Shown in pieces: positions 1 to 13,010 of a DNA stretch of 64,000 nt. A program made the translations under genes and the position numbers. Source of the DNA: Kudoa neothunni (lineage: Eukaryota; Animalia; Cnidaria); contig OZ199840.1 of NCBI GenBank assembly GCA_964304625.1, positions 2,530,787 through 2,594,786 of the forward strand. The letters are read 5' to 3'. Position 1 is the first letter of the stretch. Each line of letters opens with the position of its first letter. The notes under the pieces are model-generated. The model was given only the letters and a program-made list of their open reading frames with translations. It had not been told where the DNA came from and did not search any database.

Positions 1-1023
1 TTTCAATTGGATTCATGAAGGGTGAATACGGAGGTAGATACATCAACGTTAGTTGTAACGTTGCTAAAATTTCGCTAAGTCCCTGATAATGATGTATCCT
101 TGCATTATCGAGTATGAAGCATGGATCTTTAATTTCCAAAGAACGGCACAAATCTGCCAACTCAATGAGGAACTCTTTAAAATCTTCGCCATTTACTGGT
201 CTTCGATTTATTTTATATAGCACCATGCCATACTTATTCATCGCTGCGATGACGGATATGTTCCTTGACTTGACGGCTTTCACGTTTACATATGCTGATG
301 TACCAGCAAGCGAACGACCCTGTCTTGTACGTGACGATACATTAAAACCAACTTCGTCAATAAAAACAAAGTTGCTGCCTTCTGCCTCAAGCAATTTTGA
401 ATTGAACTCTTGGGCGTACACAAAACGTTTTTCCACTGTATCGTCAGAGTTTCTTCGTTCAGGAACAATGGTGAGCATTTTTAAAGAATAATGGAATTCT
501 TTAAGGCATCTATTTATTGTGCTAACGCTAACACTCACGCCACATTCGTCTAATAATTTTTGACGAAGAGTCTTAAGGGTAATGGTGGCGTCCTCATCCA
601 CCCAACTTCTAATACGCAACTTTTGATCTTCATTGAGTTTTGAAGAAAAGTCACCACCCCTTTTTAATGACTTTTCTTTCCCATCAAGAAGATACGATTT
701 TACAATTGAAGCAAGTTTGTCGCTTAATTCCAACATTTTCAGCGATGACGGCGTTGCTGTAACCCAATTCGCACTGATTAGCAATCATTTTCCTATCTCG
801 GTCACTTATTGTTTGTCTCTTAAATTTGGTTCGAGTTGTCATTTGAGAATCGTCGCTATTATCTGTTTTTAAAGTTCATAAATATTAAACTAACGTGTAA
901 TGTTAAATTTATACCACTCATATTATTTTTATTCGATTAATTTACAATGTGAACGTAATTATAAGTTAAATTACGCACGTGTCACTAAAGCTTGACATGA
1001 TGTCACTAAAGCTCGAAAAACCC
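1..1023 (-). mobile_element. IS630/Tc1-mariner element, DD34E transposase (one frameshift near 715; runs off the window edge)
   Basis: Minus-strand translation from ATG at 842 gives FVFIDEVGF...CFILDNARIHH...YLPPYSPFMNPIE with 34 residues between D and E. Subterminal direct repeat TGTCACTAAAGCT at 980-992 and 1001-1013; TA follows at 1024. Confidence 0.9.
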
Positions 1024-1309
1024 TATATTAAAATAAAAAAAATCCTCATCGCTTCGTATAGTAGCTATGTTTTTAGCAAATACCGACAGTGACACGTGTT
1101 ACTATATCGACTAAGTTCTAGCACGAAATATCACTTATGATCATCTTTAACAATTTCGTCAATTTATTCAGACAAAATTAACAAAAATATTCGTTAGGAT
1201 GAATGAGAGATCATGTAATACTCAATGAAATGAAAACACCCATTTGTGTAGAAAATATGCTTGTCAAACATAACTAGGGAGCTTAAGGTAAAACCCTTGT
1301 CGTAACTTT

Positions 1310-1725
1310 TTAGATAGTAGAGTTGTTCCTGGTTAGGTCAACCCTTTAATGCTATAGGCACCACAGGACGAGTAACATCTACTTCGCTACCCTTATTGTT
1401 CGATGATATTGTACGAGTTTAATCTTCCAAACACATCCATTCTGGGGCAACCATCACCCTAAAATCTTGTCCACAAGGATTTGGCTCTGCAGATATCTCA
1501 AGCCTGTTATAGTGCTTACCCGGCGGTTCAAACGTCTAATTAAACCTCTTGTTAGATCATACTATGAATGTAAGAGAACATTTATTTAACAATTGAACTC
1601 TAGCTACAGCTCTCCGTATATGATAGATACACCCGAACAGAAACAATAGGCTTATCGAAGGCGGGGATCGAACCTAATACCTCAGGGTATTGAGTCTAAT
1701 CCTCACATCATTGAACATGCTGTTT
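1310..1725 (-). repeat. Possible tRNA-derived SINE (extent uncertain)
   Basis: Pol III B-box GGTTCGATCC on the minus strand at 1674-1665, a degenerate A-box about 45 nt upstream, and a GC-richer body. No full cloverleaf. Confidence 0.35.
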
Positions 1726-2818
1726 ACAGGCTCAAATAACATTACTGGAGGATTATCCCGAGGATTTCTTAAAACTTATAATTAAGTTTTGAGAATTGAA
1801 TAACCTTTCCCAACGTTTAGAATTGTAAAAAAATCATCGTGAAAGAATCGGAAGAAAATATTGAAGTTTGTTTAGCGGTTGACTTTTATTAACCGTTTCC
1901 TATACCATTACCCATTTGTTATGCAGTTACATATTCTTGAAATATAACATAGATATGACATAATAGTAGTAATGTAACATCATGTCTTTTCCTTATACAT
2001 ATTTAGTGTTTTTATTTAATATTCGGGTGACGGAGCTCCAAAAATTTACTCATATTCCAAGATGGCGTCGTAGGCCTCTAATACAGATTCTCAATGAATT
2101 TGGATTATTCATAAAGATTTATTTATTTTAATGATTAAGAATCATAAATTAAATAAATGATTGTCGAATCATAGGGAATACAAAAATTTTGAAAAAAGTC
2201 ACATGGTTTGCAGAGTATTACCATTAAAAAGCAAGATAAAATTTTTCATTTGTCGGAAATATGGACTACTACAATTGAGTCATTCCTAAGTATATGGAGA
2301 ACCCAATGCTAATTTTTACTGACTTTCTATCATCTATACGGAGGATGACTGAACTTACTTAAAGTGGGACCGAATTCGATTAACTTCAAATTTTTGGAGT
2401 TCAATTTTTAAAAAATACATTTCGGGGTTGAATTGTATATATATATATATATATGCTATTTAAAAATATTAATTAATATTGAATAAGTAAGATGAATTGT
2501 TTCTATTTTTTGTACGATGTTCATGATATATGATATGCTCGGAAACTTATGAAAATAACATTTACATAGAACTTTTATTGTCGATATCACACCAAATATT
2601 TGTTTGAATATCATTATTTCCCCTTCAAAGTAATGTAAGGCTATAAAATATTTGAGTAATATGAAAATTCTTATTTCTGTAACATGTTTAAAAAGAAAAA
2701 TACTCTACCCTAGAATTGTATTAATTCTTTACCTATATTAAAAATATTCAAATTAAAATATGGATTTATGAAAAAAGACAACAGTTAAATAAAGTTTTTA
2801 AACACATTGATTCATTAA

Positions 2819-5370
2819 CCCTTACAGAACGGTGTTCGGAAAATGACGTATATTCATATTCCGGTGTGGGGTCCGCGCGGACTCCAGCGATTATTTCATT
2901 ATGTAAGCGCAATTTTTATAACTACCATTTTATACGATTCATATATTATAAAGATAAGGTAACAATTATTAGTTGGTTAAAATTATCTATATTGTAAAAA
3001 ATGGATCGATTAGTAGAATTTTCTACTGACGGCAAAGGTTCACAAAATGACTGTGACACTCGCACGTCACCGATAGGCAGTATAAAATAACTTTTCCACG
3101 GCAATGATTAAGACATCCAGTAGCATTGTTTATATTCAAGAATATTTAAAGGATCGGTTAACACGCCAAGTCGCGTTTTCGAAGTAACTCTCGTTAATCT
3201 TCGAATAGCAAGAGGACTATAATTATAACGAAATTGTTATTTGTTAATAAACATAGAAATTACTAATATAATATTTTTATTAATAAAATATTAGATTGGT
3301 TTTATTTTACATACCAATGACATAGTAACTTATTCGCTTTAAAATAAAAACATACTTTTAAACTTAAAGCTTGAATTAATCATCGATGCATGTAAAGTCC
3401 TCAAAAATTGATATCCATATCTACATAGTACGTTTGTTTCATCTGAGTATATTTTCACTTAGAAGACATTTTTATTTCTGTGATTTAATAATTAAAAAAT
3501 TATATATATATATATTAGATTAGCTCGATGATTTTCTGATAGTTTCATCAAAAGTCAATTCAAAAAAATTAATAAATAAAATCATGAATGACGGTGAATA
3601 TTTCGGAATTGAAATTATTATATGCAGTAAATATTGGTCACCGAAACATTTATTAATTTTAGAAAGATTATTTTGCTAAATTTTTACGAAAATTCGTATT
3701 TATTTTAGTTTCTGTTTTTTAACATGAAATGTTAGAATAATTCTGAGAAATTTGTCCAAAATTTTAATTTAAAGTAAATCGTATATAAATTCAAACTGTT
3801 GTTATGCTGAACAACTATTGGTTTGAACACATCGAAGAGTTATGAAAAAACTATTTCTAATTTGAAAATCTTTTTAAAATACGTATATAATTAAAAATAT
3901 TTTTTTATAAGGAAGTAAAAGAATGAGCCAATATAAAATATATTTAACTATCGTTAGACAGGATAATAATTCAACAATAAACTAAGCATTCATACTATCC
4001 TGACAGTCTGGGCTGGGCAAGTGATTATAATTTTCTCGGTTTTATGAAGTGAGCAAATTGGCTTGTTACAAGATTTTTTTTGGTTTTCCTGTCCATGCTA
4101 CGTGGGTAACATATACTCATCGTCCCTTTTTAGATGTTGAATCATTTTGCACATTTGAGTTGGAATTGGAGAAATGGCTGTTGAATATTTTGAATCCGTA
4201 TTGTAAATCTGAATGGTATCTAGTAATGGTTTCTTGACGACGCAATACGTTAGAGGTGACCAATTGAATCTCTAATTCTCGAAGGAAGATTTGACGTAGA
4301 CTGCGATCATTCGAATGCCAATCAGGAAACCTGGTTGTCCATATAATGTGTATTTAACGCAGATACATCGATCAGATCCGTGAAAACATGGAATGGCCAA
4401 CCATTGGTTCTTCTATAACAACCATAAAGTTTGGTCACCCAGTCTCCATTGTCAACTGCCTCTTTCGTGGGATTGTAATGAACGATAAGTTCAGGTTTGT
4501 TTTATCACCTCTTTCGATGACACTATCATGGAACTCTGATAATAAAATGACATTTTTGTTTTTCTTGGGAATATATGAAACTGTGGTTAAATCATCGTAG
4601 AAGCAATACATTGAGGAATTTTCATCATGATCTTTCACTCTAAGAATATTTTGTGGGATGTATCGGTTATTTTTTCACATCGTTCCAATCAAAGTAAAAT
4701 TAATTTTTCGTAAAAATAAGACTAGGGGAACGGATGAAAAAAAGTTGTCAGTCGTTATACCACGACGATTTTTATAATAAGAAGAAACTAAATCCTTGAA
4801 GACTCGTTCTCCTTGGTTTTTCTCTCTGATACCGTTAAATTTACTAAGGTAAGGTTGGGTATTTAATAGATATGGTGTATCCTTATCTGAAGCCACCTAC
4901 AACTTCATCCCGAAGCGATCGGGTTTATTCTTCATGTAAATACGAAACGATCACCTTACGCGAAATGAAACAATTCTTCCATCTACAGTTTATGTGTACC
5001 CGGTGAATAATTCCATGTGAACGTGGAATTTAAATCGTCGAAGATTTTTTGCATTGCCTCAAATTTGTTGTCAGATGTTCTCGTGAGTCGACCTTCAAAA
5101 CGGATTGTTCTGAATATCTGACAAAAACGATCCCTCAATAGAGCCATCGAAAAAGTGCCGTTTGAACAGCGGGTCCAAATCCCAAAGATTTTTGAGTGAT
5201 AATTTGGCTACATTACATCTGCCAGATATGATCGTGATTCCAATAAAAGCCTTTAGCTCTTCCATTGTTATGGTATCCTTATCGCTATATTTTTCATTCG
5301 ATAGGAAGTACTTATTGGTAAAATATAATATTTTTTTCCAACACAATAATTAATAGCGCTTTAGAAATTC
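2819..5370 (-). mobile_element. piggyBac element, 3' end plus decayed transposase (5' part deleted)
   Basis: TTAA|CCCTTACAGAACGG end with internal palindrome TGGGGTCCGCGCGGACTCCA. ORF pieces MEELKAFIG, GITTDNFFSS and SYIPKKNKNVILLS. Closest relative in the window is the 31537-35054 element. Confidence 0.88.
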
Positions 5371-6309
5371 CAGAAAGTCGAAGATCGACAAAAAGTTGAA
5401 TCAAGTATTCTGAAAAAAGACGTATTTGCTGGACCTTCATGGACTTTAGTTGACCATAATTTAGTTGAGCTCATTGCCGCGATGAGGGGAACATTCTTCG
5501 AACGAACACTTAACAGTGAGGTTTGCTCTCGTACCAACAAGTGACCTTTCGAAAAATCTACGCATGGAGAGCGAGAAACCTAATTCGTCGATATAAACAA
5601 CAAGGGATAAATTAGGCTTTTTTTAAGATAATTGATCGCATAGCTACAAAAATTTATTAATTTGTTATAACAACTAAGTACTTTCTTCGTAATACGATGA
5701 TTTCATTAGAATTTCTCCCCGTAGTAACGATGGAAATTTTTTTGAGGGAGTAGTGAAATCCTTTGATAGCGTTGGCGATGGTTTGGCTTGATACCACAAA
5801 ATCAAATTTTGATTTCAATACTACTTCCGTAATGTTGAATGTAATTGTGAAGTCTTCATTGACAAGGCGTTTTCGAAATTTTACATGCTCCACATGCAAA
5901 AGTTACCTCCTATTACAACTCTTTGGTGTTCTATCGACATTTCCTTTCGAGCTTTTCAACTTAAGAATTCTACCAACAGTTGATGGATGAACCCCAACAG
6001 ATTTTGGGATTTGTTTGTTGATAAGTTTTTCCTATAAGAATTATAAACTACGATTTGGAGAAAATACTTTTTTAAAACAAAATAACACTTCTCAGTTTTT
6101 TCAGTCATTTTGTATTTTCTTTTTGAGAAAATGTTGAGGAGTTCCTGTTAATTCTAATATACTTGCATCTTATTCTGACATTTTGTTAATAAGCGCACGC
6201 GGGTTTCATCTTGATCGGATATGATCGCATCATGAAATGCAATTTTCAAAAATGCATGCCCCAGTTGCATCTTGATCGGATGTAGTTGCAACTTGAACTT
6301 GCAACACTG
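5370..6309 (-). mobile_element. 3'-truncated IS630/Tc1 element related to 15179-16430
   Basis: TA|CAGTGTTGCAAGTTCAAG end resembles the TIR at 15179. Translation gives GFHYSLKKISIV...VYIDELGF...NVPLIAAMSS...FSEYLIQLF. Confidence 0.88.
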
Positions 6310-6311
6310 TA

Positions 6312-7009
6312 AAGAATATGAGTTGCTCATTCATTGTAATAACTCGCTTTGGAGTAAAACATTTTGGCAATATATCAACCCATATATCCCATATCTCACG
6401 AATAAGGAAAAATTTATCAGCTATTTCCCTCTCTGATCATGTATTGAAGTCGTCAAAATGAAGGGCTCTTGAAAATTGAGTAAAACGTTTATGTGAAAAC
6501 AATCGTCTGTAAATTTGCTTGCTCTCATTGACGCAAAAGAGTTCGCACAACGGTTCTTGCCTATCCTTATGAATATCCATTAATATTAAAAGACCTACAT
6601 AACCCTTAAATTCAACTTAATCGATATCTTTCCACTTAACTTTGAAATAGTGATTTCCAAACTTTTTCGTATACTTTATAATCTACAGATTTCTGGAGGT
6701 AAAAAATAACGAAAAACTATCAATGAATGATTTTATTTTTAACACATGACGTGGCACAAAGAATGGAATTCATCATATTTTCGGAACGGGGTTTCCTCGT
6801 AGATGGTTTTGACAGTCCAAAGAATTCTATTTTTACTTTTAAGGTATTATTGATATAAATGGAATCTATTTCTTCTTCCGATGTATCATTTTCATCAATA
6901 ATTTGGTTATCAAATTCGCTTCCAGATGTGGTAAATTCGTGAATGAATCGACTTGCGCCATTCATTTAGAATTATGCACTGCTCACACATGCGCATTGCC
7001 CAACTAGTC
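6312..7009 (-). pseudogene. N-terminal fragment of a piggyBac transposase (46683-type family)
   Basis: Acidic N-terminus (ORF 6720-6965), then HKDRQEPLCELF...LHFDDF...DKFFLIREIWD...NEQL. Cut at the TA target of the Tc1 element. Confidence 0.85.
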
Positions 7010-7203
7010 CAGTGCTTCCCAACTAATACTGGACTCCCACCCCCATTTTAGGACAAATAGAAATTCGCATCCTTTACATTCGATAGGGTGTAACCGACTT
7101 AAAATTTATCAAAAATTATTTCCAATTTTGATCGTATCTCGCGCCACCTAAGACCAAAGTTTCTACTCCCTAAGATGCGGGAACATCCAGTTGGGAACCC
7201 CTG
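7010..7203. mobile_element. hAT (Buster/Charlie-type) MITE, 194 bp
   Basis: Imperfect TIRs CAGTGCTTCCCAAC / CAGGGGTTCCCAAC. Both 8-bp flanks have the nnnTAnnn form (AACTAGTC, GCGTATAG) but differ from each other. Confidence 0.7.
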
Positions 7204-10200
7204 GCGTATAGGTTTCTTCGCGATCTAACCCTAGAGATGGCCACATAAAGTTGTCTGTGTGAAAAACATGGTTCCGACAGATGGAGTCCAACAGCATTGA
7301 AAGTTGGTCCCAGGGACTTGTTTATGGACATTGCGAATGAAAGCTTCACGGAGAATTTGAGCCTCTTGAAATTGAAGAGACAATCAGATGGCTCGATTTG
7401 AAGTCTCTGGATAAATGTCTTCACCTTTACGATATCCGGTCATAACGGTAGCTTCAATTAGGTGATTCATGAGCCGCTTCACAATAAGCCTTGTGTCGTT
7501 GCAGAGACGAGGGCATCGAGGTTTCTCAGCAGCATAATTGTCACTCCCACTTTCAGGGTTAGTTGGTGAGGTTGAAACCCAGAAACTTCCAAACTGTTGA
7601 GGAATTCGGTTGGATATTTACCGAATCGTTGTAATTAGCGGAGAGTCTGCTAATTTATACAACTTGACTTCACCAGATAATATTCGTATAAATTTCTTGT
7701 TTATCGAGTTCACGATTTGGTTGGTAGCTGCCAGAATTCCACGTTGACATAACCATTATTGGTCGCAATAATTCAAATGTAACTCAGTGAAAACCTTTTC
7801 TCAAAGTTCATCAAGGTTTTCCACCGAGTTTGCAATTTCATTTAATAGAATATTTCCGCTAGAATCTGTCATAATTTCACTTCCGCCTATCTTCAGAATA
7901 TTTGATGTAAACTCCCCAGCTTCAAAGTCACTATTAAAGAAAACCCAAATGTTTGTTGTTAGTTTAAGGGTTTTCACTTTTGGTCATATCAGATTTCGCC
8001 TGCAAAACCTAATCTGCTCACTCTGAGTACCTTTTGGGATTATAGGCAACGTCTGTCTGAGGTCGCCAGATAAAACAATCGTGATCGAACCAAAGGGAAC
8101 ATTTCTGCCAGTGATGTCCCTCAAGGTTCGATCAAAAGTTTCAAGGGTAATCCTGTTAACCATGGTACATTCGTCCCAGAAATAGCAGAGCAATTTCTCA
8201 AAAGTTCAGTTGAACCACTTCCTCTGCTTATTCGGCAGGTCATTGTACCATTATCCAGCAGCTTCAATGGAATCTCGAAAGCATTATGGGCAGTTCAGCC
8301 ATAGGTAATAATGTTGCTGTGATACCTGAGGAAGCAAATGCCAGCACAATTTTTGATTGACTTCGGAGTTCCGCCAAAAGTAAATTAAAACGTAAGTTTT
8401 TCCAGTGCCACCAGGAGCATCCAAAAAACATATTTTCATCATTATTGCGATTCAGTACGCTTTCCAAAATTGAATTGTAGGTGTGGAGTTGAGAATCTAA
8501 TAACCTTGATTTGTGTATCAGCACATATCCAACAAATTCGTCAACGTTATAGCCAAGTTCGCGTTGGATTTCTGTTGGCGGCTGATTACCAATGGTTCCA
8601 TCTACTGGAGAAAATCCATAATTATCCAGATAATCCACCCATTTCGATTAGTATATTTTCTATATCTATTAAAGTCATATTGTGGATAGTTGGGTTAAAT
8701 TCAATGTAGATGTAGATGTCAGGATTTTGTTGCTGTATTTGATATCGGTAATCCTCCGACATGTCATTTCGGAACATCATCCACACTTCTTCGGATGGTC
8801 TGCTGAAGTTGACTTTTCTAAACAATAAAGCAGTCTTCGCAATTGAAACGGTGTATTTGTCACCATTGCTTCAGTAAAGGTACGCTTCCAGAGAGTGTCA
8901 TTTTCCAACATGCCTCATTTTACGCAAGCTTCCTTATATGTAGAACATGTGGTCATCGACGGTTCTGAGGTCTCCAAAAGATAATGGTCCTCGCACCTCA
9001 TTCAAAAGTAACCTCAGGCAAAAACATTCCACCTGAGTCGGATGGACATTGTACATTCTTCCAATAGTATCATCAAATTTGATCCCAGGTCGACCACCTA
9101 CGGATGCTTCTCTCAGTCTTCGAGACCACTTGTTGTTACACTAAGTGTAGTAGGATGGCATTTCGCTATATAAAAGCGTTGTGGAAAATTCATCTTTTTG
9201 ACAAATTTTGAAAAACGCTGTCAACTTTGTATCCTTGGGATTTAATATTTGATTTTGGAGAGTATTTTTGGTAAAATATACTCATTGGCCGTTCTCCAGA
9301 TGAACGCTCAGTTATACGATTGGAGGACTTCTATCATGGATATCAAAACAAAAGATCCTCAAAAAGGCTTCATTGCTGCTAATATAGCGCCCCATTTGAT
9401 AATGCGAAACTTCATCAATAACATTTTCAAGTTCAAACCATAAGCTGCGCCATCAGGCCCTTTGTTGATATACTTGCAGACATTAAATCGACTTCACCGA
9501 ATTACAATATTCAACATTAATGTGGGAATCAAACATTTTTGATAGCAATGGGCAGTATGGAAAAATCCATCTGTTGTCAATCACAACATCGCGATTTCGT
9601 CCCATTTTGAGTAGCACTTCTAAAACAATGCGTCCAAGTTTTTTCTCCTTCTATATAGAGGATAAACATCTTGATCGGTTATTGTTTCATGGAGGAATTT
9701 TTTTGGGAATTTAAGACATTTCTCTCCTTCCATGCAAGGACCATGAATCATGCTTTTGGACGATTCGAAACAATAGGGTCGATGTTTGGATTTGGCAGCT
9801 CTGCTGATATAAATTTGTCTATATCAGAGGAATGGAGCTTTTCTTTAAGCCACAACAAAATATGTGCATGAGGTAGACCCCGTTTTTGCCATTCGGCCGT
9901 GTATGACATCCGCACGTCACCAAAAAATTTTAGCTGTGTTAAAACCTTCATGAGGGTTTTCAGCTTCAGGTGGAACACTCGTGTCGTCACATCATGTCTT
10001 TCTGGCGTGACTTGTCCAGGAAATAACTCATCAGTTATTTCATGCCAATTGGGTTTACATGTAAATGTAATAAAAAGATCAGGGCGACCAAACTTCCTGA
10101 CATACATCGCATCTTGGATTTTTTTTTCTTGCATATAGCGAGGTGATCCGGTAAATGTTGCCGGTAAATATGCAAAGTTGGCCATATTCTGTAGCATTGT

Positions 10201-11480
10201 CCTGATCATTTTGAATAGCATCTTTTAAATGAGCATAGGAGTCAACCCAAAGTTTCGTCTGGTTGTTTCGGATATACAAAAGTCTCTCTGATTCCATCTT
10301 CGCAAACATGTCTACGGCGTATTGCTGGAATAGTGACTTGAAGTGATGAAGCATATTGAAACTTTCATTCCTCATCACGAAATGATGAGCGTATAACGCT
10401 TTGCACGATACAGTAGTCAATACAGATCCATTGGATGCGACTGATTTTGGGATGCCAATTTGATAGCCATCCTCTCCGTTGACATGAATAAGAGGATCTG
10501 TAAAGTATCATAGGAGCGATGAGTCTCATATCTTCTGCAGTCAATGTTCCTAGTTCTTAGCACTATGTCTAGCTTTCCATGTTGAACATCTGTCATTATC
10601 ACGGCCACTTCGTTACAGACTGGAGCACTAAATCTTCTTCCATGTTCTCCAGTGGGTCGTTTATCAGCATCAATAACGATTTTTAAATCCAATGATGTTT
10701 GCATCTCCAAGGCAAACTTGAAACTTCTGACAGCTGTTTTGCTCATGAAGCATATTTTGAAGCGCTGGGAAAATTCTTAACCTGATCGGAGCCTGCTCGT
10801 AGTAATCATCAACAAAGTATAATTGTAGAAATTTGGGCTCATTGTTTTGAACCGGTAACAAAAAACCAAGTCGGTGGCTGATTTGACCATTCATTTTGAA
10901 TGACGGATTATAACCGGCCTCCACTACAATGTTGGCACCGAAGGAAGTCATCTGGAAAACGCCGTTAAATTTTCGGACATTGCTGAGAAATTTCTTCGAA
11001 TCTGCGGTTTCACCAACAAGTAACACTTGAAGCAATGTTAATAGTGACGGCAATGTAGGTAGAGAAACCGTACTCTTCGAACGACGAAGACCAAAAGTTT
11101 CATTTTTCCATTTTTTGGCCATGCAGTGTTGACATAAATGGGTTATTCTTCCAATTATGAGGTTTCTGTCTTCTGAGTAGTTTAGTGATGCGTTATAATT
11201 CAACGCAGCTTTGTACCATACTTGAGAACCAAATTGGGCAGCTACATTAAGCTGATTCGTAGGTGGTACTTGTATTTCTTGCATAATTGCATTTTCGTGT
11301 TCGATTTGACGTTGGTAGGATGACCGCGCTGCATCCATATCCAAACGGGTTCATCTATCCTCAGCTAGTTCATGTTGTTTGGCATGGGCACTTCTCGGTT
11401 GGTTCTCTCCTCATTATCCTGTTGTCTGCTTGTCAGTCTTCTTCCTCCTCCAGATCTATTTCTGGTTATATATATATATT
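7204..11480 (-). pseudogene. Helitron Rep/PIF1-helicase, heavily frameshifted, termini not found
   Basis: FQMTSFGA, FTGSPRYM, GRPDLFITFTC, EWQKRGLPHAHIL (HUH), WDECTM, GDLRQTLP, FAMSINKS, QLYVAISRV. Confidence 0.95.
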
Positions 11481-11693
11481 CAAATTATCACATATCCTAT
11501 TATTCCGGTCAATATTATCTAACCTACTATTATTGTTCAAGTTATACGTGTCAGTTAGGTCACCAGGTGTCATTTTCCAAATAAGCGTGTGTTGTCACGT
11601 TACTCAGGTTGATTACAATAATACTGATTTTGTAAATATTTATGTGAGAAAAGCATAATTAATCTTTGTATGAATCCCGCTTAATCCGTTTGA

Positions 11694-11760
11694 TCTATAT
11701 ACATAGTAAAGTTTTTGTCTGTCAGTGCGTCAGTTTGCAGCAGGACGCATGTGTCACTGA
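11694..11760 (+). mobile_element. Helitron-like 5' terminus
   Basis: A|TCTATATACATAGTAAAG...GTCTGTC...ACGCATGTG; same layout as the termini at 20263 and 20963. Confidence 0.55.
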
Positions 11761-12428
11761 GAAACTTTCCTTAATTATTGCTGTAAGTTTGTATTTGAAT
11801 AGATAAAACCATTAATAAAAATCGATCATTTACTTAGAAGTATAAATATGGGCAATAACACAATCCGAAGTAATGAATTTTATGGTTGTCTTCACAAATA
11901 GCAGATTCAAAAGTACCTGCATAATATTGATATTTGTTTACTTCTGATTGATAGTCAATTAAAATGAACTTCAACTCACTGTATAGAAAACGAGTCTCTT
12001 AATTGTGATATAGAATCTTCTGAAAATCTTACTTATGCTTGTTCGGAGTACTTTTAAGACAAATAAAACTATTAACGTCACATTTACAAGAGTTATCGCA
12101 TTTCCCTTAAAATTTAAAGCGTAAACAAGTTATTTGGTATGAGTTTTCCCTTTTCGAGTGTTATGGATATAGTTAAGAAAAATAGATTATGATCATTTTA
12201 AGTAAAAACTTTACATTATTAGAATTCCTGAGATCCTGCGAAGATTAAATTGTTTTTGTTATTACTCTATATTTAGTTTATGGTTCTACGCTAAATGTAT
12301 TGAAACGATTACAATATGTTGATGGTAAAGAAAAATTAAAGACCGCTGCTTTCTGGGTAGCTCCGAAATGGAAAAATTGCGCATAAAAAGGCGAATTAAT
12401 AATAACAATAAATATTTATATATACAAA

Positions 12429-12638
12429 TTAATTTATAATTAAAATGTAAATTTTCGAGGATTTTTCCATTTTTGTCTGACGACGTAAAGATAACCTGCT
12501 CCACACAGATTTTTTGGGAGGAGACAAGCGATCCCATACGGATTTCCTCCTCTTGATGGGAAATCGATTCTTCAATCGATATCTCCTTCTTTTGGAATCA
12601 TTATTCAAACATCGGTTACAACCCCATTGTTGAACCAT
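12429..12638 (-). CDS. Small basic hypothetical protein or exon with a duplicated KSVW[D/S]RLS motif
   Basis: Arg/Lys-rich ORF. The two motif copies differ mainly at synonymous positions. Confidence 0.4.
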   Translation of the reverse strand: MVQQWGCNRCLNNDSKRRRYRLKNRFPIKRRKSVWDRLSPPKKSVWSRLSLRRQTKMEKSSKIYILIIN

Positions 12639-13010
12639 ATTGAATAGGATATATCGTTTAACCGACACGCAATAAAAGATTAAAATATTTGTTAACTAAA
12701 CTACCGCCACCTGCCTATAAACATGAACAATAATCCTATATTGATTTAATGCGCTTTATTGAAGGATTTTTTCGTAGATTGATTTATTGTTTTCTTCATC
12801 TTTTATCGTTTATGTATTGGCGAGTATAAAGTTCTTTTGCACATGTATTATATGGGATAATGTTTCAAGTCCCTAATTCTCAATTATTTTCATCCCTTTA
12901 AGAAAAACACCAAATGGCACAACATGAAAAATTAACTTCTGAAATTATTCGGTGTTTATGAATTAATAAACGGGACGGCCCAGTTTCACCGGAATCACGC
13001 ATGTAAAATC

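Noticed and set aside
1650-1725. Functional tRNA gene
   Set aside because: Only the B-box is intact; no acceptor stem or full cloverleaf could be drawn.
7004-7036. CTAG plus hairpin as the 3' end of the minus-strand Helitron
   Set aside because: Better explained as the hAT MITE end and its nnnTAnnn flank; the Helitron ORF is already cut at 7203.
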